A stretch of 63,931 bases of DNA, the filler included, from Octopus bimaculoides (taxonomy: Eukaryota), in the NCBI RefSeq assembly GCF_001194135.2. It is 5 parts of 5 records of this genome, joined end to end, with 100 filler letters (N's around TTAATTAATTAA, not from the genome) between each part and the next. Parts side by side here need not be neighbours in the genome. Positions count along the whole stretch, not along the records: positions 1 to 29,996 come from NC_069002.1; 4 more parts are not named here. One strand, given 5' to 3'. The position numbers were made by a program, and so were the translations under genes. The stretch's first letter is position 1. Every line of letters begins with the position of its first letter. The notes beneath the pieces are model-generated. The model was not told the origin of the DNA, made no database searches, and saw only the letters and a list, made by a program, of their open reading frames with translations. This document shows, piece by piece, positions 12,090 to 25,689 of the stretch.

Positions 12090-12300
12090 TCTTTTACTTG
12101 TTTCAGTCATATGAGTGCGGCCATGCTGGGGCACCGCCTTAAAGGGTTTTAATCGAAGAAATCGATCACAAGACTTATTCTTTGTAAGCCTTGTACTTAT
12201 TCTATCGGATATTTTTGCCGACTGCTAATGTTACGGACGTGAACATACCAACATCAGTCGTCAAACAAGGGAGTGGAGAAAACACAGATACTAAACCACA
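12090..12300 (-). mobile_element. SINE family B 3' half
   Basis: TTTTACTTGTTTCAGTCAT..GCGGCCATGCTGGGGCACCGCC..GTACTTATTCTATCGG. Confidence 0.85.
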
Positions 12301-13791
12301 GTATATAAGTGTATATTTGTATCAGGGGTGGTTTTCTACTCATAGTTCACAGAAATGTAGGCACAATGTTACGCTTGATATCTGCCTATATTTCTGGGGA
12401 CTACAAGTATGTCACAATTTATACGTACATATATGAAGAGTACCTCTTTGTGTCAGATGATGGCCGTTTCACATTTAGCCTGGTTGTTCTGATATATGTG
12501 CATGGATATAACTTACCACGTGACATATGCATGGCCATAGAACAAAATACAATATGGCTCCAGAAATGAAATGATAGTGAAACATTTGTACGGCATTGAA
12601 TTTAAGTAACAAAAACTTGTACAACATTTCTGCCATTCTTTCGGTCGCCATAGTAGAATCCAGTACATACATACATCACACATACATACAAACAAGAATG
12701 ATGGAGCTTTGGATCGAGGTTAGAAACCAATTCTTTCTCTATTGGCAATAAATCTTGAAGCAAACTGAATAATGACATACATACATACAGACATATATAC
12801 ATACACACATACATGTATACATACATACATACATACATACATACTTACATACATACATACATACATACACACATGTCTGTATAAATGCGTGCGATTGCAT
12901 CTATAGTTAAACGACAAGAATTTCTTTAAAGTTTGAAGAATGAAGGTAATAAATTTATGAAACCAAAATTCGAAAAAAGAATCCAATCTATCAATAATTA
13001 AATACAGTTCTTCAATTATGCATAACTTATGCTTCAGGTATTTCGCACAAATCGAATTATTTCGATGTTATGTTATACAATACGCCATGAAGACATTGAT
13101 AAAAAATATCATATATCACATGAAAAAGAAACAATAATATTGAAGATATCAATGATAAGATATCACCGAATCGGAAGAGTCGTACTAGATAGTATCAATA
13201 TGTCGATATTATAATGAAGAAACACCAGCTGAAGAAATGGTAAGTGAAAAGCTGTCCATTTGTTGGTATGTTTGTACCAGCAAATAAAACACTCGTGTCA
13301 CGTGTTTATATGTTCTTTCTATCTCTACCCTTCACTATGCTCTCTCTTTCTTTCTCTCTTGTTCAGTCTCTCTCACTGTGTATACACACACCCGCACATA
13401 CACACACACACACATATGTTTATATACATACGTATTTGTTAAGTAAAATATAAGTTAGAGGTTGTGCAATTATCTCAGGGATAGATGTATCCGTAGGGAC
13501 TCCTGGTATATTACCTCAGTATGTATGGACCTCGTTAAAAGGTATAGGGTAATAGGTAATTTAAAGGTAAAACCGTGGTTTAATATAGATGGAGACGATA
13601 TATAGAGCAATAATTAACAATGACAAATGGATCATTGGCGTTTTAAAGTCATTGCTTAATTTAATTAGGAGACTGTTTACAGCTGTTTCTGTTTATTAAA
13701 ATGGGGTAAATTTAAATTTACCTCGTTACATTTAATAAACATCTTCAGAACGATTATATGGAAAAGAAAGGCAACATACACATACATACAC

Positions 13792-13830
<39 letters not shown>

Positions 13831-13960
13831 NNNNNNNNNNNNNNNNNNNNNNNNNNNNNNNNNNNNNNNNNNNNNNNNNNNNNNNNNNNNNNNNNNNNNN
13901 NNNNNNNNNNNNNNNNNNNNNNNNNNNNNNNNNNNNNNNNNNNNNNNNNNNNNNNNAGAC

Positions 13961-13991
<31 letters not shown>

Positions 13992-14034
13992 TATTCACAT
14001 AAATATACATGTATACAAACATACATATATAAGG

Positions 14035-14067
<33 letters not shown>

Positions 14068-14087
14068 CGTGCGTGTGTGTGTGTGTG

Positions 14088-14254
14088 TAGGCGCAGCATG
14101 GGTGTGTGGTAAGAAGCTTGTTTCCCAACCACATGCTTTTGGGTTCAGTCCCACCGCATGTCACCTTGGCCGAGTGTCTTCTACTATAGCGTCGAGCCGA
14201 CCAAAGCCTTGTGAGTGGATTTGGTAGGCGGAAACTGAAAGAAACCCGTTGTGT

Positions 14255-14291
<37 letters not shown>

Positions 14292-14410
14292 TGTGTTTGT
14301 CCGCCTCCACCATCGCTTGACAACCGATGTTGGTGTGTTTACGTTCCCGTAACATTACTGATTCGACAAAACAGACCGATAGAATAAGTACAAGGCTTAC
14401 AAAGAATATG
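14088..14410 (+). mobile_element. SINE family B (tRNA head, CORE-like CACCTTGG box, internal GT microsatellite)
   Basis: GTGTGGTAAGAAGCTTG..GGGTTCAGTCCCA..CACCTTGGCCGAGTGTCTTCTACTATAGC..GACCGATAGAATAAGTAC. Confidence 0.88.
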
Positions 14411-14589
14411 TCGTGTAGTGCATGCGCGCTGTAGCACCTTCCTTCGAGAACATCTTCGTCTCACGCAATGCTGAATAAAATTGGGGATTCATGTTGTGTA
14501 AAAACCCTGGCTGCCTATAATATCGCTGTTTCCGCTGTTTTAGCTACCAAATGCTAGCAGAAATGCGATACTCAATGTAAATTCCACAG

Positions 14590-14830
14590 GTTCAAGACAA
14601 CGCGGTGCGTTGTGTCCTTGAGCAAGGCATTTTTGCCTCCCGTTGTTCCAGTTAACTCAGCAGTAATAAATACTACCCGGGTGTTTAGGTAACCCTCTCT
14701 ATCTCCATCTGGCACATCCTGCATGTTCCACCGGTTCAAGGTTTGGAAAAGTTGAGAGGGTGTTTAGGTCTAATTGCGATTATACAGGCACCGAAAAGCA
14801 ATTATGAATAGCGTTGGCACCAAGCTATCT
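14590..14830 (+). mobile_element. SINE family D (TTGTGTCCTTGAGCAAGGCA core)
   Basis: GGTTCAAGAC..GCGTTGTGTCCTTGAGCAAGGCA..GTTGTTCCAGTTAACTCAGCAG. Confidence 0.6.
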
Positions 14831-14975
14831 TCAACCGCGGCTGTCGGCTTCTTGTATTCTATTTACTACTACCCTTACTTTATGGACCTTCGGAGGGATG
14901 AAAACCTAAATTCGTTTCAGAGAGGTTTGAACTCACAAAATATCGGATGACATTTTGTGCGACGCTCAACCGTCT

Positions 14976-15042
<67 letters not shown>

Positions 15043-15070
15043 TGTTGTTGTTGTTGTTGTTGTTGTTGTA
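14976..15070. repeat. (TAG)n-(TTG)n microsatellite
   Basis: Directly visible. Confidence 0.95.
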
Positions 15071-15937
15071 GGTTCTTTTATTTGCCACAGATGCATCAGA
15101 TGAGAACAGCTCAAATGTGTGTGGAGGGGGAGGGGGGGAGGTACCTAAAATCGTTAAGAAAAAACTTAAGGGGTTGTTATTAGGGAGAAATGAGAAGAAA
15201 ACGTATGCATAATATACAAAATATGTGAGTCCATGGATGATGTAATCCTCTTGATACATCAGATCCTCCAACTGGGGCCGATCAATGAGCCCCACAGATC
15301 CAAGACGACCCTGACTACCAAGACTTAGAACACTCACCCCACTGTTCTCCTCCGATTTATATGGTTTGGTGTAGTCCCATTCAGCCTCACCATTTTCGCC
15401 ATTGACACCGATCTCTTGCTTTCGTATGTTTTCTTGTCAAATTGTTTTGTTTCGTTGTTTTATTGTTTCTAAACATTGTTGCTTTCGTCGAGATTAGAGG
15501 ATTTTTAATGGTATGCATGTTTGGGAGTGAATTGAACAGTAAAGCTAATTAAGGGTTTATAATTTATTGTCAGAGTTTATTTGGTTCAGATGTGTGCATA
15601 TAGATTGTGTCGGTTAAACTAATTAAAGATCTTTGTTTAATTCATTGCTGGTATATTTTAATCATGGTTCTGCAGTGTCGGTTTCTGTCTGTTTTGATTC
15701 TAGTAAAACGCTGCGTATATTTCCTGTGCATTTAATTATCTCCTCTTGATTTCTCCCTGTCCTTATCTAAATGCGCATGCTCACTTAATCCTCAGTTACA
15801 TCACACGCAGTTACTAAAACGTTTCAGTGATTTTATCAGCTCAATATATGACGAAATAAATATTTCGACGAGAAAACCTTGGCGTGATGTGTGTCTATGT
15901 GTGTGCGCGCGATTGTGTGTGTGTGTGTGAGAGTGTG

Positions 15938-15969
<32 letters not shown>

Positions 15970-16249
15970 CGTGTGTGTGCGTGTGTGCGTGTGTGTGTGT
16001 GTATGTAGTTAAAGTATGTTCTATTCTTGTAAGCACTACATCACATTTCATAAATACGTAACCTGTAAAACTAAAACTCTATTTGATAATGTTACATATC
16101 TATTAGATCTTGTTAAGTACAATTGCCATTTTGCATTGTGGTACCCTGGGTTAGATTTTTGTTCCATCCCTAGTTACTAAAACGATCACATTTTCACCCT
16201 ATAGGATAGTTATTTCATATCCCGTCTTCATATTTGGTATGAAACAAAA

Positions 16250-16465
16250 GGCGGTGAGCTGGTAGAAGCGTTAGCACACAGCGCAAAATGCTTAGTGGCA
16301 TCTCGTCCGTTTTCACATTCTGAGTTCAAATTCCGTCGAAGTCGATTTCGCCTTTTGTCCTTTTGGTAGACGATAAAAGAAGTTCCAGCTAAACATTGAG
16401 GTCGATGACTCGACTTAGGCCCTTCCTCTTATATTGCTGTCCTTGTGCCAACATTTTTGAGACCA
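16250..16465 (+). mobile_element. SINE family A copy
   Basis: GGCGGTGAGCTGGTAGAAGCGTTAGC head and TTCTGAGTTCAAATTCCG. Confidence 0.8.
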
Positions 16466-17516
16466 ATATTTAGTATGAAACGTTGGGTTGTTTTGACGAG
16501 ACACATACTTTAATTTGAAGTGAAAGACAATAGAATTTCATGTTGTTGTTGATAGATTTAAATTCGATGTTAGAGAAAAATAAATTCACTGACATCTTTG
16601 AAACCACCTTTGCAAAGTGAGATTACTTACTCCATTGGGTTGTGGAATACTGGTATAGTTGACAAGGCAGAATATTTTAATATTTTCTGGGAAAGAAAAT
16701 ATAAGAAGATTAAGCTGCATTTTTAGTTCTCACGTGAAGAACATGAAGAAGAAAATGATGAAAAATGTGAATTCGAAACGAGGTTCTTACATCTTGTTTT
16801 ATTCTATATATTATAATCGAATTATTTAATAAAACTTGTTCTTGTGGTGTGAAGAATACAAAATCATGTTTATCATTATTTTGTAGCATATCTATAGACA
16901 CATCTACACCATAGGTTTACGAAACAATACTGACATTTTTCTATTATTTTAGAGATCTAATCATTTTGTTTAACATTATGTCGTTTTTGTGACGATATCT
17001 ATAAAATCTTTGAAACGTTGCGAAAAGAAAATAATTCACAATCAAAAGGAGAGAAAAAATAGAAGAGAAATGTTAGCAAGTTTTATTTCTGTTGTCGTTG
17101 TTGTTCTTGATGTTGTTGTTGTTGTTTGTATTTTTCAGTGTGAATATCGGAAACTGATTTCTTTGAAGTAATTTGTAGGACACTGCACATGTCAATTACT
17201 GTGGATAATGCGCACAATCATGCATGCATGCATAGACACATACATACATTCATATACGTATGTGTATATGTATACATATANNNNNNNNNNNNNNNNNNNN
17301 NNNNNNNNNNNNNNNNNNNNNNNNNNNNNNNNNNNNNNNNNNNNNNNNNNNNNNNNNNNNNNNNNNNNNNNNNNNNNNNNNNNNNNNNNNNNNNNNNNNN
17401 NNNNNNNNNNNNNNNNNNNNNNNNNNNNNNNNNNNNNNNNNNNNNNNNNNNNNNNNNNNNNNNNNNNNNNNNNNNNNNNNNNNNNNNNNNNNNNNNNNNN
17501 NNNNNNNNNNNNNNNN

Positions 17517-17565
<49 letters not shown>

Positions 17566-17573
17566 TAGATAGG

Positions 17574-17635
<62 letters not shown>

Positions 17636-17745
17636 TACATACATATATATAAATATATACGTATATGTGTGTGTGCGCACACAAATATACATACATACAT
17701 ACATACATACATACATACATACATACATACATACATACATACATA
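17517..17745. repeat. Compound (AT)/(TATG)/(GATA)/(CATA) microsatellite
   Basis: Directly visible. Confidence 0.95.
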
Positions 17746-18328
17746 AAGCTCAACCACAAACAAGAAGTAAATTTAGTTTTTGCGCACATTGCATGCGTCT
17801 TAATTATGTTTACTAAATCAATTATGTGATTGCAGAAATAATTTTATTGTGAAGTTGTTTGGTTACACAAATTAAATTATATTTGTAATCAGGAAAGCAA
17901 AATCCACAAAGAGAAAGTTAGGAAGAAGTTTGATTTTTGTGGTAAAAGGTTATTACAATGACATTTTAACTAGTTTTCTCTCGTTCTCTAGTATTGGACC
18001 AATATGTTTAAAGTTTGCCTATATTCTGTTCGACAGCAAAGATATATTTTACGATGTGTATCTAATAAACAGCTTCTAATAGGTATTTCTTGTGAGAATA
18101 TTAACAAATTAAACCAGTTGATAATCGCATAAGATATAATAGTGATACTTTAAAAATTTCGAGATTAGGATTAATAAAAACGAATAATGATTATTTTATG
18201 GTTAATGTTAAGATTAAAAGTTGTTTCATTATGAAACGGTTCTGATATTTTAACAAAATTTTATCAGATGTATTCGCATTAAATTCTGTATCTAAGCATT
18301 GCTGTTGTATTCTGATAAATGATTTTAA

Positions 18329-18700
18329 GGTAGCCAACTGGCAAAATCGTTAGCACTCAGCACAGGAGTGTTTATCGCCATTTCGTCAGTCCTTACATTG
18401 TGAGTTCAAATGCTACTGAGGTCGACTTTGCTTTTCATCTGTTTCTGAGTTGGTAACATAAGTACCCGGCTAAGCCCTAAAACTACTTACTTTGTGCCAA
18501 AAGTTGAATCCGTTATGATTAATAACTCTCTCTACTAAAAGCACAAGGCCAGTGATTTGTGGGGAGGCGTTAAGTCGATTATTTCGACCGCAGTGCATCA
18601 ACTGGTACTTATTAGGGGTTACCCCGAAAGGATGAAAGCCAAAGTCGAAATCAATGGAATTTGAACTCAGAACGCAAAACCGGGAGAAATACCACCGCCT
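18329..18700. mobile_element. Two SINE family A copies, tail-to-tail (plus about 18329-18510, minus about 18530-18700)
   Basis: Plus core GTCGACTTTGCTTTTCATC; minus core GGATGAAAGCCAAAGTCGA..GAATTTGAACTCAGAAC. Confidence 0.8.
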
Positions 18701-19192
18701 TGTGTTACGACTAATATCCATTACACTTTTAGTACCCCAGGCAAAATGCTTAGCAGCATTTCGTCCGGCTTTGATTTCTCAATGTGGCAGCCCCAGGAAA
18801 GGGAAGAATGTTACTGCTATTTAGCCCGAAGAAACACCGTTTCTAGTTGGCTACGCCACACAAACATTCTGTGTCCTTAAGTTTTCAAACAGTGGAGAGA
18901 TTTTGTCTGGGGTGCTAAAAGTGTAATAGATATAAGCCGTAACACAAGACGGTAGTATTCCTTTCGGGATCAATAAAATAATTACCAGTTGATGCACTTA
19001 AGAAAATTTAAGGATACATTTCGCTTGGGTCGCGTAGCCAACTAGACAGGGTGTTTCTTGGGGCTAAATAGCAGCAGTATTCTTCCCTTTCCTGTGACTG
19101 TCACATTAAGTTGACAAGCCATCTCTTTATCGTGCTGCTACTGCATAACTCTCTCTGAGAGATTTAGAAATGCAATATTTCTAATTTAATTT

Positions 19193-19568
19193 CTCAGTTC
19201 AAATTCCGCCGATTTCGACTTTGCCTGTCATCTTATCGGGATTGCTAAAATGTGTACCAGTTGTGTGCTGGGGTTGTTGTAATCTACTTACCCCTTCCTC
19301 CGAAATTACGGGCCTTGTGCCAATATTCGAAATGAATAAGGTGTTACGCGGCAAGCAAGCAGAATCGTTGGCACGGCGGATACAATATTTAACAGCATTT
19401 TGTATACTTTTACGTTCTGAGTTCAAATTTTGCTGAGGTCGTCTTTGCCCTTCATCTTTTTGGGATCGATTAGATAAGTACCAGTTGAGCTCTGAGGTTG
19501 ATGTAATCGGCTAGAGCCCCTACCCCAAAATTTCAGGCCTTGTGCTTATAGTAGAAAGGATTATTATT
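19193..19568 (+). mobile_element. Two tandem SINE family A copies
   Basis: TTCAAATTCCGCCG..CGACTTTGCC core twice, each with a GGCCTTGTGC tail. Confidence 0.8.
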
Positions 19569-20336
19569 AATATCGTATCCTTACTCTATATACTGTTATA
19601 AAAGAGCCAACTGTCACCCCTGAACCAAGATGGGTTGGTTACATGTGCCATGCTTTCTTTAATGGTTTTAGATATGTATAAAGTCGTGAGTAGACATAGG
19701 TATCCTCTCGACCCTCCTACCCATTGTCCCAGCGATACATCCATGGGATGAAAGTTCCAAGGAGAAAGAGAGAGAGGGGAGAGAGAGTGAGAGAAAGAGA
19801 TATCTGTACCAGCACTTGGTAGTGTAAACTGAAACAGCATGACAAAGTTTCTTGTTAAACGAGACAACACAACATCCTCTCTGAGAATTGAACCCAGGTT
19901 ATTATGATTCTGAGCGGAATACCCTTGTGATAAGGCCACGCATCTTAAATATACTATCGTAAAGTTTGTGTAACGCTTGTTATTCCAACTTACGTGCTAG
20001 GATATAACAGCATTTACGTTATAAATATGATAGTAATTTTAAATAAACTTAGTACATGTGTTTACTAATGTACAGGAATAATTAAAAACTGTTAGAAGCG
20101 AGCATACACAGAATGACAAACACATAAAGAACGACCTGTTAGCAATTTCAGTTAATATTATTTAGAGATCGAATATAATATGATTCTAGTGGGTATTAGG
20201 TCGGTGTGTCTATACGTTGTTCACGGCAATGTGAGAGAAAAAACAAACAGAAAAGATGGTCAAGTGATATAACAAACAATAGATGCATTGTGGTTAGTTT
20301 AAGTTCTTACGCTTAACCGAGCAGACGGATGGAGTG

Positions 20337-20397
<61 letters not shown>

Positions 20398-20415
20398 CAT
20401 ACATACATACATACA

Positions 20416-20449
<34 letters not shown>

Positions 20450-20548
20450 GATAAAGCAGACAGACAGACACAACACACTGACACACAGATAGATTGATAG
20501 ACAGACAGGCAGATATATAGATAGATATATAGATAGAGAGAGAGAGAG
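20337..20548. repeat. Compound (GATA)/(CATA)/(GACA)/(GA) microsatellite
   Basis: Directly visible. Confidence 0.95.
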
Positions 20549-21123
20549 ATTTTGATGAAAATGAAATTATATTAGAATCATTTAGTTAATCCTTATGTAT
20601 ACAGTATTTATCGACCGCAGTTCAGAATGACATGGTACTGTTAATATTTGTTACTCTGTTTTGTCGTCTAGATCGATAACTGATAATCGATCTAAAAGGA
20701 GGATAATTAGGAAATAAGCGTTGCTGTCAACACTTCAAAGTTACCAAACTTTTCCCAAATCACTCTCAATGTCTTTGCTTTAGTTCTGAGATTATCAGGG
20801 AAGTATTCTTATTGAATTTCCGATAGACCATTTCAAACAACCATTCTCTGTTAAAATTATTTATACAAAAGCGATTAGTATATTAATGGAGTAGCGAATG
20901 TTTGCTAACCTTTACTTCAATAATGGCGTTCTATGGGAAATATACGGAAGTGTTTTAAGCGCTTCGCAAACCGAAACATCTCTTGTTTTGAATTATGCTA
21001 TTTCCACAATATATATTATATGTAGCGTTCGAATTCCAACAGACTAAATTATTCTCGAGACAGTAAACAGGAAAAAAAAAAAGGATATTCATTTATGATT
21101 CTTTGACATTCATATTAAAAAAT

Positions 21124-21375
21124 GGTGCAGTTCTTTTAGTGAAATAAACTAGGAAGAACTGACAATTTGAATGACACAAGAACATGGAATCTGTTCCATG
21201 GGGGTGACTGGGGTCTAAAATAACAAGAAAACCATTTTAGTAATGATTCAGATAAAAAATCTTACAAAATTTATATAATTTTTTCAATTTTTTCTTTCCA
21301 CTCAAAGAATAAATATAACTTCATGTATCTCAAATGAAACAAGAAATTTCGCAATAATATAAAATGACTGTACCC
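21124..21375. mobile_element. Possible old Tc1/mariner-type MITE
   Basis: Imperfect terminal match GGTGCAGTTCTTTT / AAAATGACTGTACC. Confidence 0.3.
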
Positions 21376-22156
21376 TTTTTATTTACAGACATATCATGGG
21401 TTAAATAGGATCATTTGCAGAATAAATATTTGGATGGTGCCAAAGAGCCATCCACTATTATTAATTATAAAATTATATTTGTGTTATTCAAAAGACTGGT
21501 TGCCTTATCTCTGGATTACTCAACAATGTTGCCTGAAAGCAATCTCAATTATATGTATTGAAATACGAAATTATTGTTTTGATGACGATAATTATTATGC
21601 ATTTCAGTAAATGGACTCGAAAATATTTCCTACCATTTTAAACATAAGCTATTCAAAGGTCCTGGCTTTCTCTGCTTATCAAATACGCTTAATATTAGTA
21701 TTATTCTTACACATAGAGTAGAAAAAAAGATAAGAAAGGTCCTTGTCATCAACGATGGACTGTAAGGTACGTGACTAAGAATCAAACATTCGTAAATACT
21801 TTTAATTTACCATGTTTCGAAATAATCTCCTTAATGTATGTTTAGATAAACATGCACTTATTGCCAGTTTGTGGAAATATAACGAACTTAGCAGCGTTCT
21901 TCGGCTAATAATATACTTCGGCGACGAAGGAATATGGCCGCGGTTCTTTTAGTTACGATCTACAATTGAAATAGCATATGGAGAGTCATGTGCGATGGGA
22001 ATTAAGCTTAGTGATGCGGTATTAAATGAAGAGGATAAGAGGAAGAGCAGGGAATACGGTGGCAGAGAGAAAAAAAGAGAGAGGGAATGCGACATAGACA
22101 AATAGAGCTTGTACATACATACATATACATTTGTATATATATATATATATATACAT

Positions 22157-22211
<55 letters not shown>

Positions 22212-22389
22212 NNNNNNNNNNNNNNNNNNNNNNNNNNNNNNNNNNNNNNNNNNNNNNNNNNNNNNNNNNNNNNNNNNNNNNNNNNNNNNNNNNNNNNNNN
22301 NNNNNNNNNNNNNNNNNNNNNNNNNNNNNNNNNNNNNNNNNNNNNNNNNNNNNNNNNNNNNNNNNNNNNNNNNNNNNNNNNNNNNNNNN

Positions 22390-22427
<38 letters not shown>

Positions 22428-22769
22428 TGAGGGAGAGCGAGAAAAGCCAGAGAGAAGCATTTGGTGTGTTTTTCAACGGCAGATTATGTAAATATCTTTA
22501 TTGAACAAAAACTTTGCACTCGCTAAAAGTAGCCGAAGAAATGCGGTCAAGTGCTACGTTGCAAGTTAAAAGGATTTGATTTATTTGGTGGGAGAAACTC
22601 ATTGTTGGACCGTTAGAGCTTTGATCCAGATGCCATGCGGCATGTACATCGGCTCTTTTTGTTTTAAGTTCAAATCCTGTTGTTATCGATATAATCAACA
22701 GTGCTTTTTTCCCTAAGTCTCTAATCCTCTGCTGATTCTACAACTGCACCACATTTTAAAAGTTAAATA

Positions 22770-22950
22770 CGCCAAACTGGCAGAATAGTTGCCGCATCGG
22801 ACAAAATGCTTAGAGGCATTTTTGTTCTGGTTGCTAACATTCTGCGTTCAAATACTGACGTTGCCTCTCGGGGTCGAGATAATAAGTGCCACTCTACTAC
22901 TGGTGTAATGGCAATCGAGTTCGTCTGCTGATTTTGTGTCGAAATTAGAA
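22770..22950 (+). mobile_element. SINE family A copy (decayed)
   Basis: AACTGGCAGAATAGTT..CAAAATGCTTAG..GGGGTCGAGATAATAAGT. Confidence 0.7.
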
Positions 22951-23280
22951 AGAAATTATTCAAACAGAAGAAAAGAGAAAAGTAGATGTGAGGGAAAGGG
23001 AAAACAAAGAAATCGAAATATATACTGAAAAAATTCAGTAGTAGTAGTAGTAGCAGCAGCTGTAGGAGTAGTAGTAGTAGTAGTAGTAGTTGTTGTTGTT
23101 GTTGTTATTGTTGCTCTTGTTGCCTAGTTTTGCTTTTTTGTCGTGGGATTTCAAGTTCCTCCGATGTCAAACCCTCCTCTGTCATTATTTTTTCAGGAAA
23201 CGAAGAAATTAAGACTGTTTTTCTCGCGCGCACGCGCTTTCTTCTTCTTTTACTCTCTCTTCATTCTTCTCTCTCTGTCT

Positions 23281-23283
<3 letters not shown>

Positions 23284-23317
<34 letters not shown>

Positions 23318-23321
23318 GTCT

Positions 23322-23356
<35 letters not shown>

Positions 23357-23552
23357 NNNNNNNNNNNNNNNNNNNNNNNNNNNNNNNNNNNNNNNNNNNN
23401 NNNNNNNNNNNNNNNNNNNNNNNNNNNNNNNNNNNNNNNNNNNNNNNNNNNNNNNNNNNNNNNNNNNNNNNNNNNNNNNNNNNNNNNNAAGAAGAAGAAG
23501 AAGAAGAAGAAGAAGAAGAAGAAGAAGAAGAAGAAGAAGAAGAAGAAGAAGA
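23284..23552. repeat. (CT)n and (GAA)n microsatellites flanking an N gap
   Basis: Directly visible. Confidence 0.95.
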
Positions 23553-23939
23553 GCAGCTGCGTATGTGAGTAATGTATGCCTATCTCTTTCAATTCAACTG
23601 TGGACAATATTCTTATTTGGATCACCATAATAACTTATTGAAACAATATGGAGAATAATATGAAATTTGGTGGCATAGAAACCCGAATTAAATATATTGG
23701 AATATGATTGCCATTTGTCTCAATATGAATGTATAAAATGTATTGTTACTATCGTTAATTAGTTTCATGTTTTATTTGAGGGTCTGTTCTTCTTCTTCAT
23801 GTTGTTGACGGCCATCATCGTCGTGTTGAATTAATGTTGTTGTGACTGATGTTGCGCATCGAGGTGTCCAGTTGTGGTTTGTTAAATTCAGAGATAGAAT
23901 TCTGTAGAGTTCAGCTCTACCAATTATTCTTCTGGGATG

Positions 23940-24170
23940 AGGCGACTACTTAGCAGAACCTTTAGCAAGCTTGAAAATATAAAGGCTTAGCAGTATTTCT
24001 TCTAGGTCTACGTTTCGAGTTCAAATACCACTGGAGTCGGCTTTGCCTGTCATCCGTTTGGTGTTGATAAAATATATACCAGGGGATCACTGAGGTCGAT
24101 GTTATTGATTTCCTCTAAGATTGCTAGCCATTCCTCTAAGATTTCCTGTCTTGTGCTAAAATTAGAAAGA
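23940..24170 (+). mobile_element. SINE family A copy (decayed)
   Basis: GAGTTCAAATAC..GTCGGCTTTGCCTGTCATCC..GATAAAATATATACCAG. Confidence 0.7.
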
Positions 24171-24887
24171 ATTACTCTCTGGGGTCAGAGAAACGCAGAA
24201 AACCCCTATGTAGCATAGCTAAGATTTGGGGTAGGCGGTCCTCCCCGGATGTGGCTTTATGGGAACGGCGCTTTTTAGTCTGGTGTGTAAGCCTGTAATG
24301 GGGGCTGAAGAGGTGAGTGACGGGAAATTCATAGACTGACCCCAGCGGTACACGCTCTAGTGATACCATAAACCCGCCTATAAAATATGTGGGGGTTTGC
24401 CTATGATTGCAAAAACTAATATTTATCGTATCGATAATCATTATAATTACGCTGTCGTTAATTATCTGTTTTTATGATAAGCAATATTTTTCGATATCTT
24501 TTGATTATATCGATCCACATAAATGGCTGATAAGTATTTTATCGAACTGATTGTTTATATGACAAAAATTATTGAATCGTATCGATCACTTTTAAGTTGT
24601 ACAATCATTGAGAATCCCATAATGCATTCTTGTACAATATTTTATTTCCTTTTAATGCGAGATCTAAAAACAACTCTATTTAATAGCTTCAAATAATATT
24701 TTATAAATGTAACTTAAAATACAACACAATTTATTTGCCGTATGCAAGGCTGCGTTCATACGACGTTTTCTTTGCAATCTCGTGATTACGGACTTTGAAC
24801 AAGTACATGTCTTTTACTATGACTCTGAACCGACCAAAGCTTTTTATGAATGAATTTGGTAGATATAATCTGTGTGGAATCCCGTGT

Positions 24888-24918
<31 letters not shown>

Positions 24919-25524
24919 AAGGTGGCTAGACATAATAAAAAACACCCACAAAAATTCACCTGTTAGTGACTGAGGGTACATGGTAGCACTTACATTACTA
25001 GAAATAAGAGTCAAAGACTCTTATAGCTACAGAGACCCTTATAACCATAACACAATTTTAACAGGAGAGTTAACCGCCATATACCAAGCAAGGGTACTAA
25101 ATTAGCAAGCCAATTTTGCATGAAATTAAAGCTCATCAGTGATACTACTCCATCGCTCATAGTTAAGTCAAATCCAGCCTGTCAGTATATAGATTGTAGC
25201 ATAAGAATCAATATATATAATGTAGTTAGGGTACATCTTAAATGCTTTTTCTTGAAGCACATCTGCTTCTTCCATTATTGCGACCCAATATGTAGTCTGA
25301 TTTCCTGCTTTGTGTTAGTGCAAAATACATTTTAAAATTGAAAATTATGGAAGTATTATAACAAAGCAAGAAGTTGGAAAATTTGGGGGTTATTATTCAC
25401 CATTACACATGTTTCATTTGCTAATAGAAATTACAAAGTTTTTCAAGTTAGATAAACATGTAAGGAATTTCCTATAAGAAATTATTGAGACAGAGAAATT
25501 AAATACTACAAATTTTACATCTGG

Positions 25525-25620
25525 ATGAAGCGATGGCTCTGGTGAAGGATCGACAATCAAATATGAGATTACAGAGACGAAAAGAGAGAAACGTATACAC
25601 ATGGCGAATAAATAATACCA
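25525..25620 (+). mobile_element. Possible Penelope terminal relic of a second family
   Basis: CTCTGGTGAAGGAT..ATC-AAAT, a decayed CTGATGA-A-stem-GAAA pattern just upstream of the 25690 repeat. Confidence 0.35.
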
Positions 25621-25689
25621 AAAACTTTTCTAGATTCCTGTTTTGTTTTATATATATATTTATATATATATTCTCCGAATTTTTTTTCT

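Noticed and set aside
13080-13245. Purine-rich segment ending ATG|GTAAGT on the plus strand
   Set aside because: All three frames contain stops and there is no convincing acceptor.
15330-15445. Minus-strand segment ending in a strong donor GG|GTGAGT (QEIGVNGENGEAEWDYTKPYKSEENS in one frame)
   Set aside because: No polypyrimidine acceptor; another frame reads ARDRCQWRK, like an RTE C-terminal relic.
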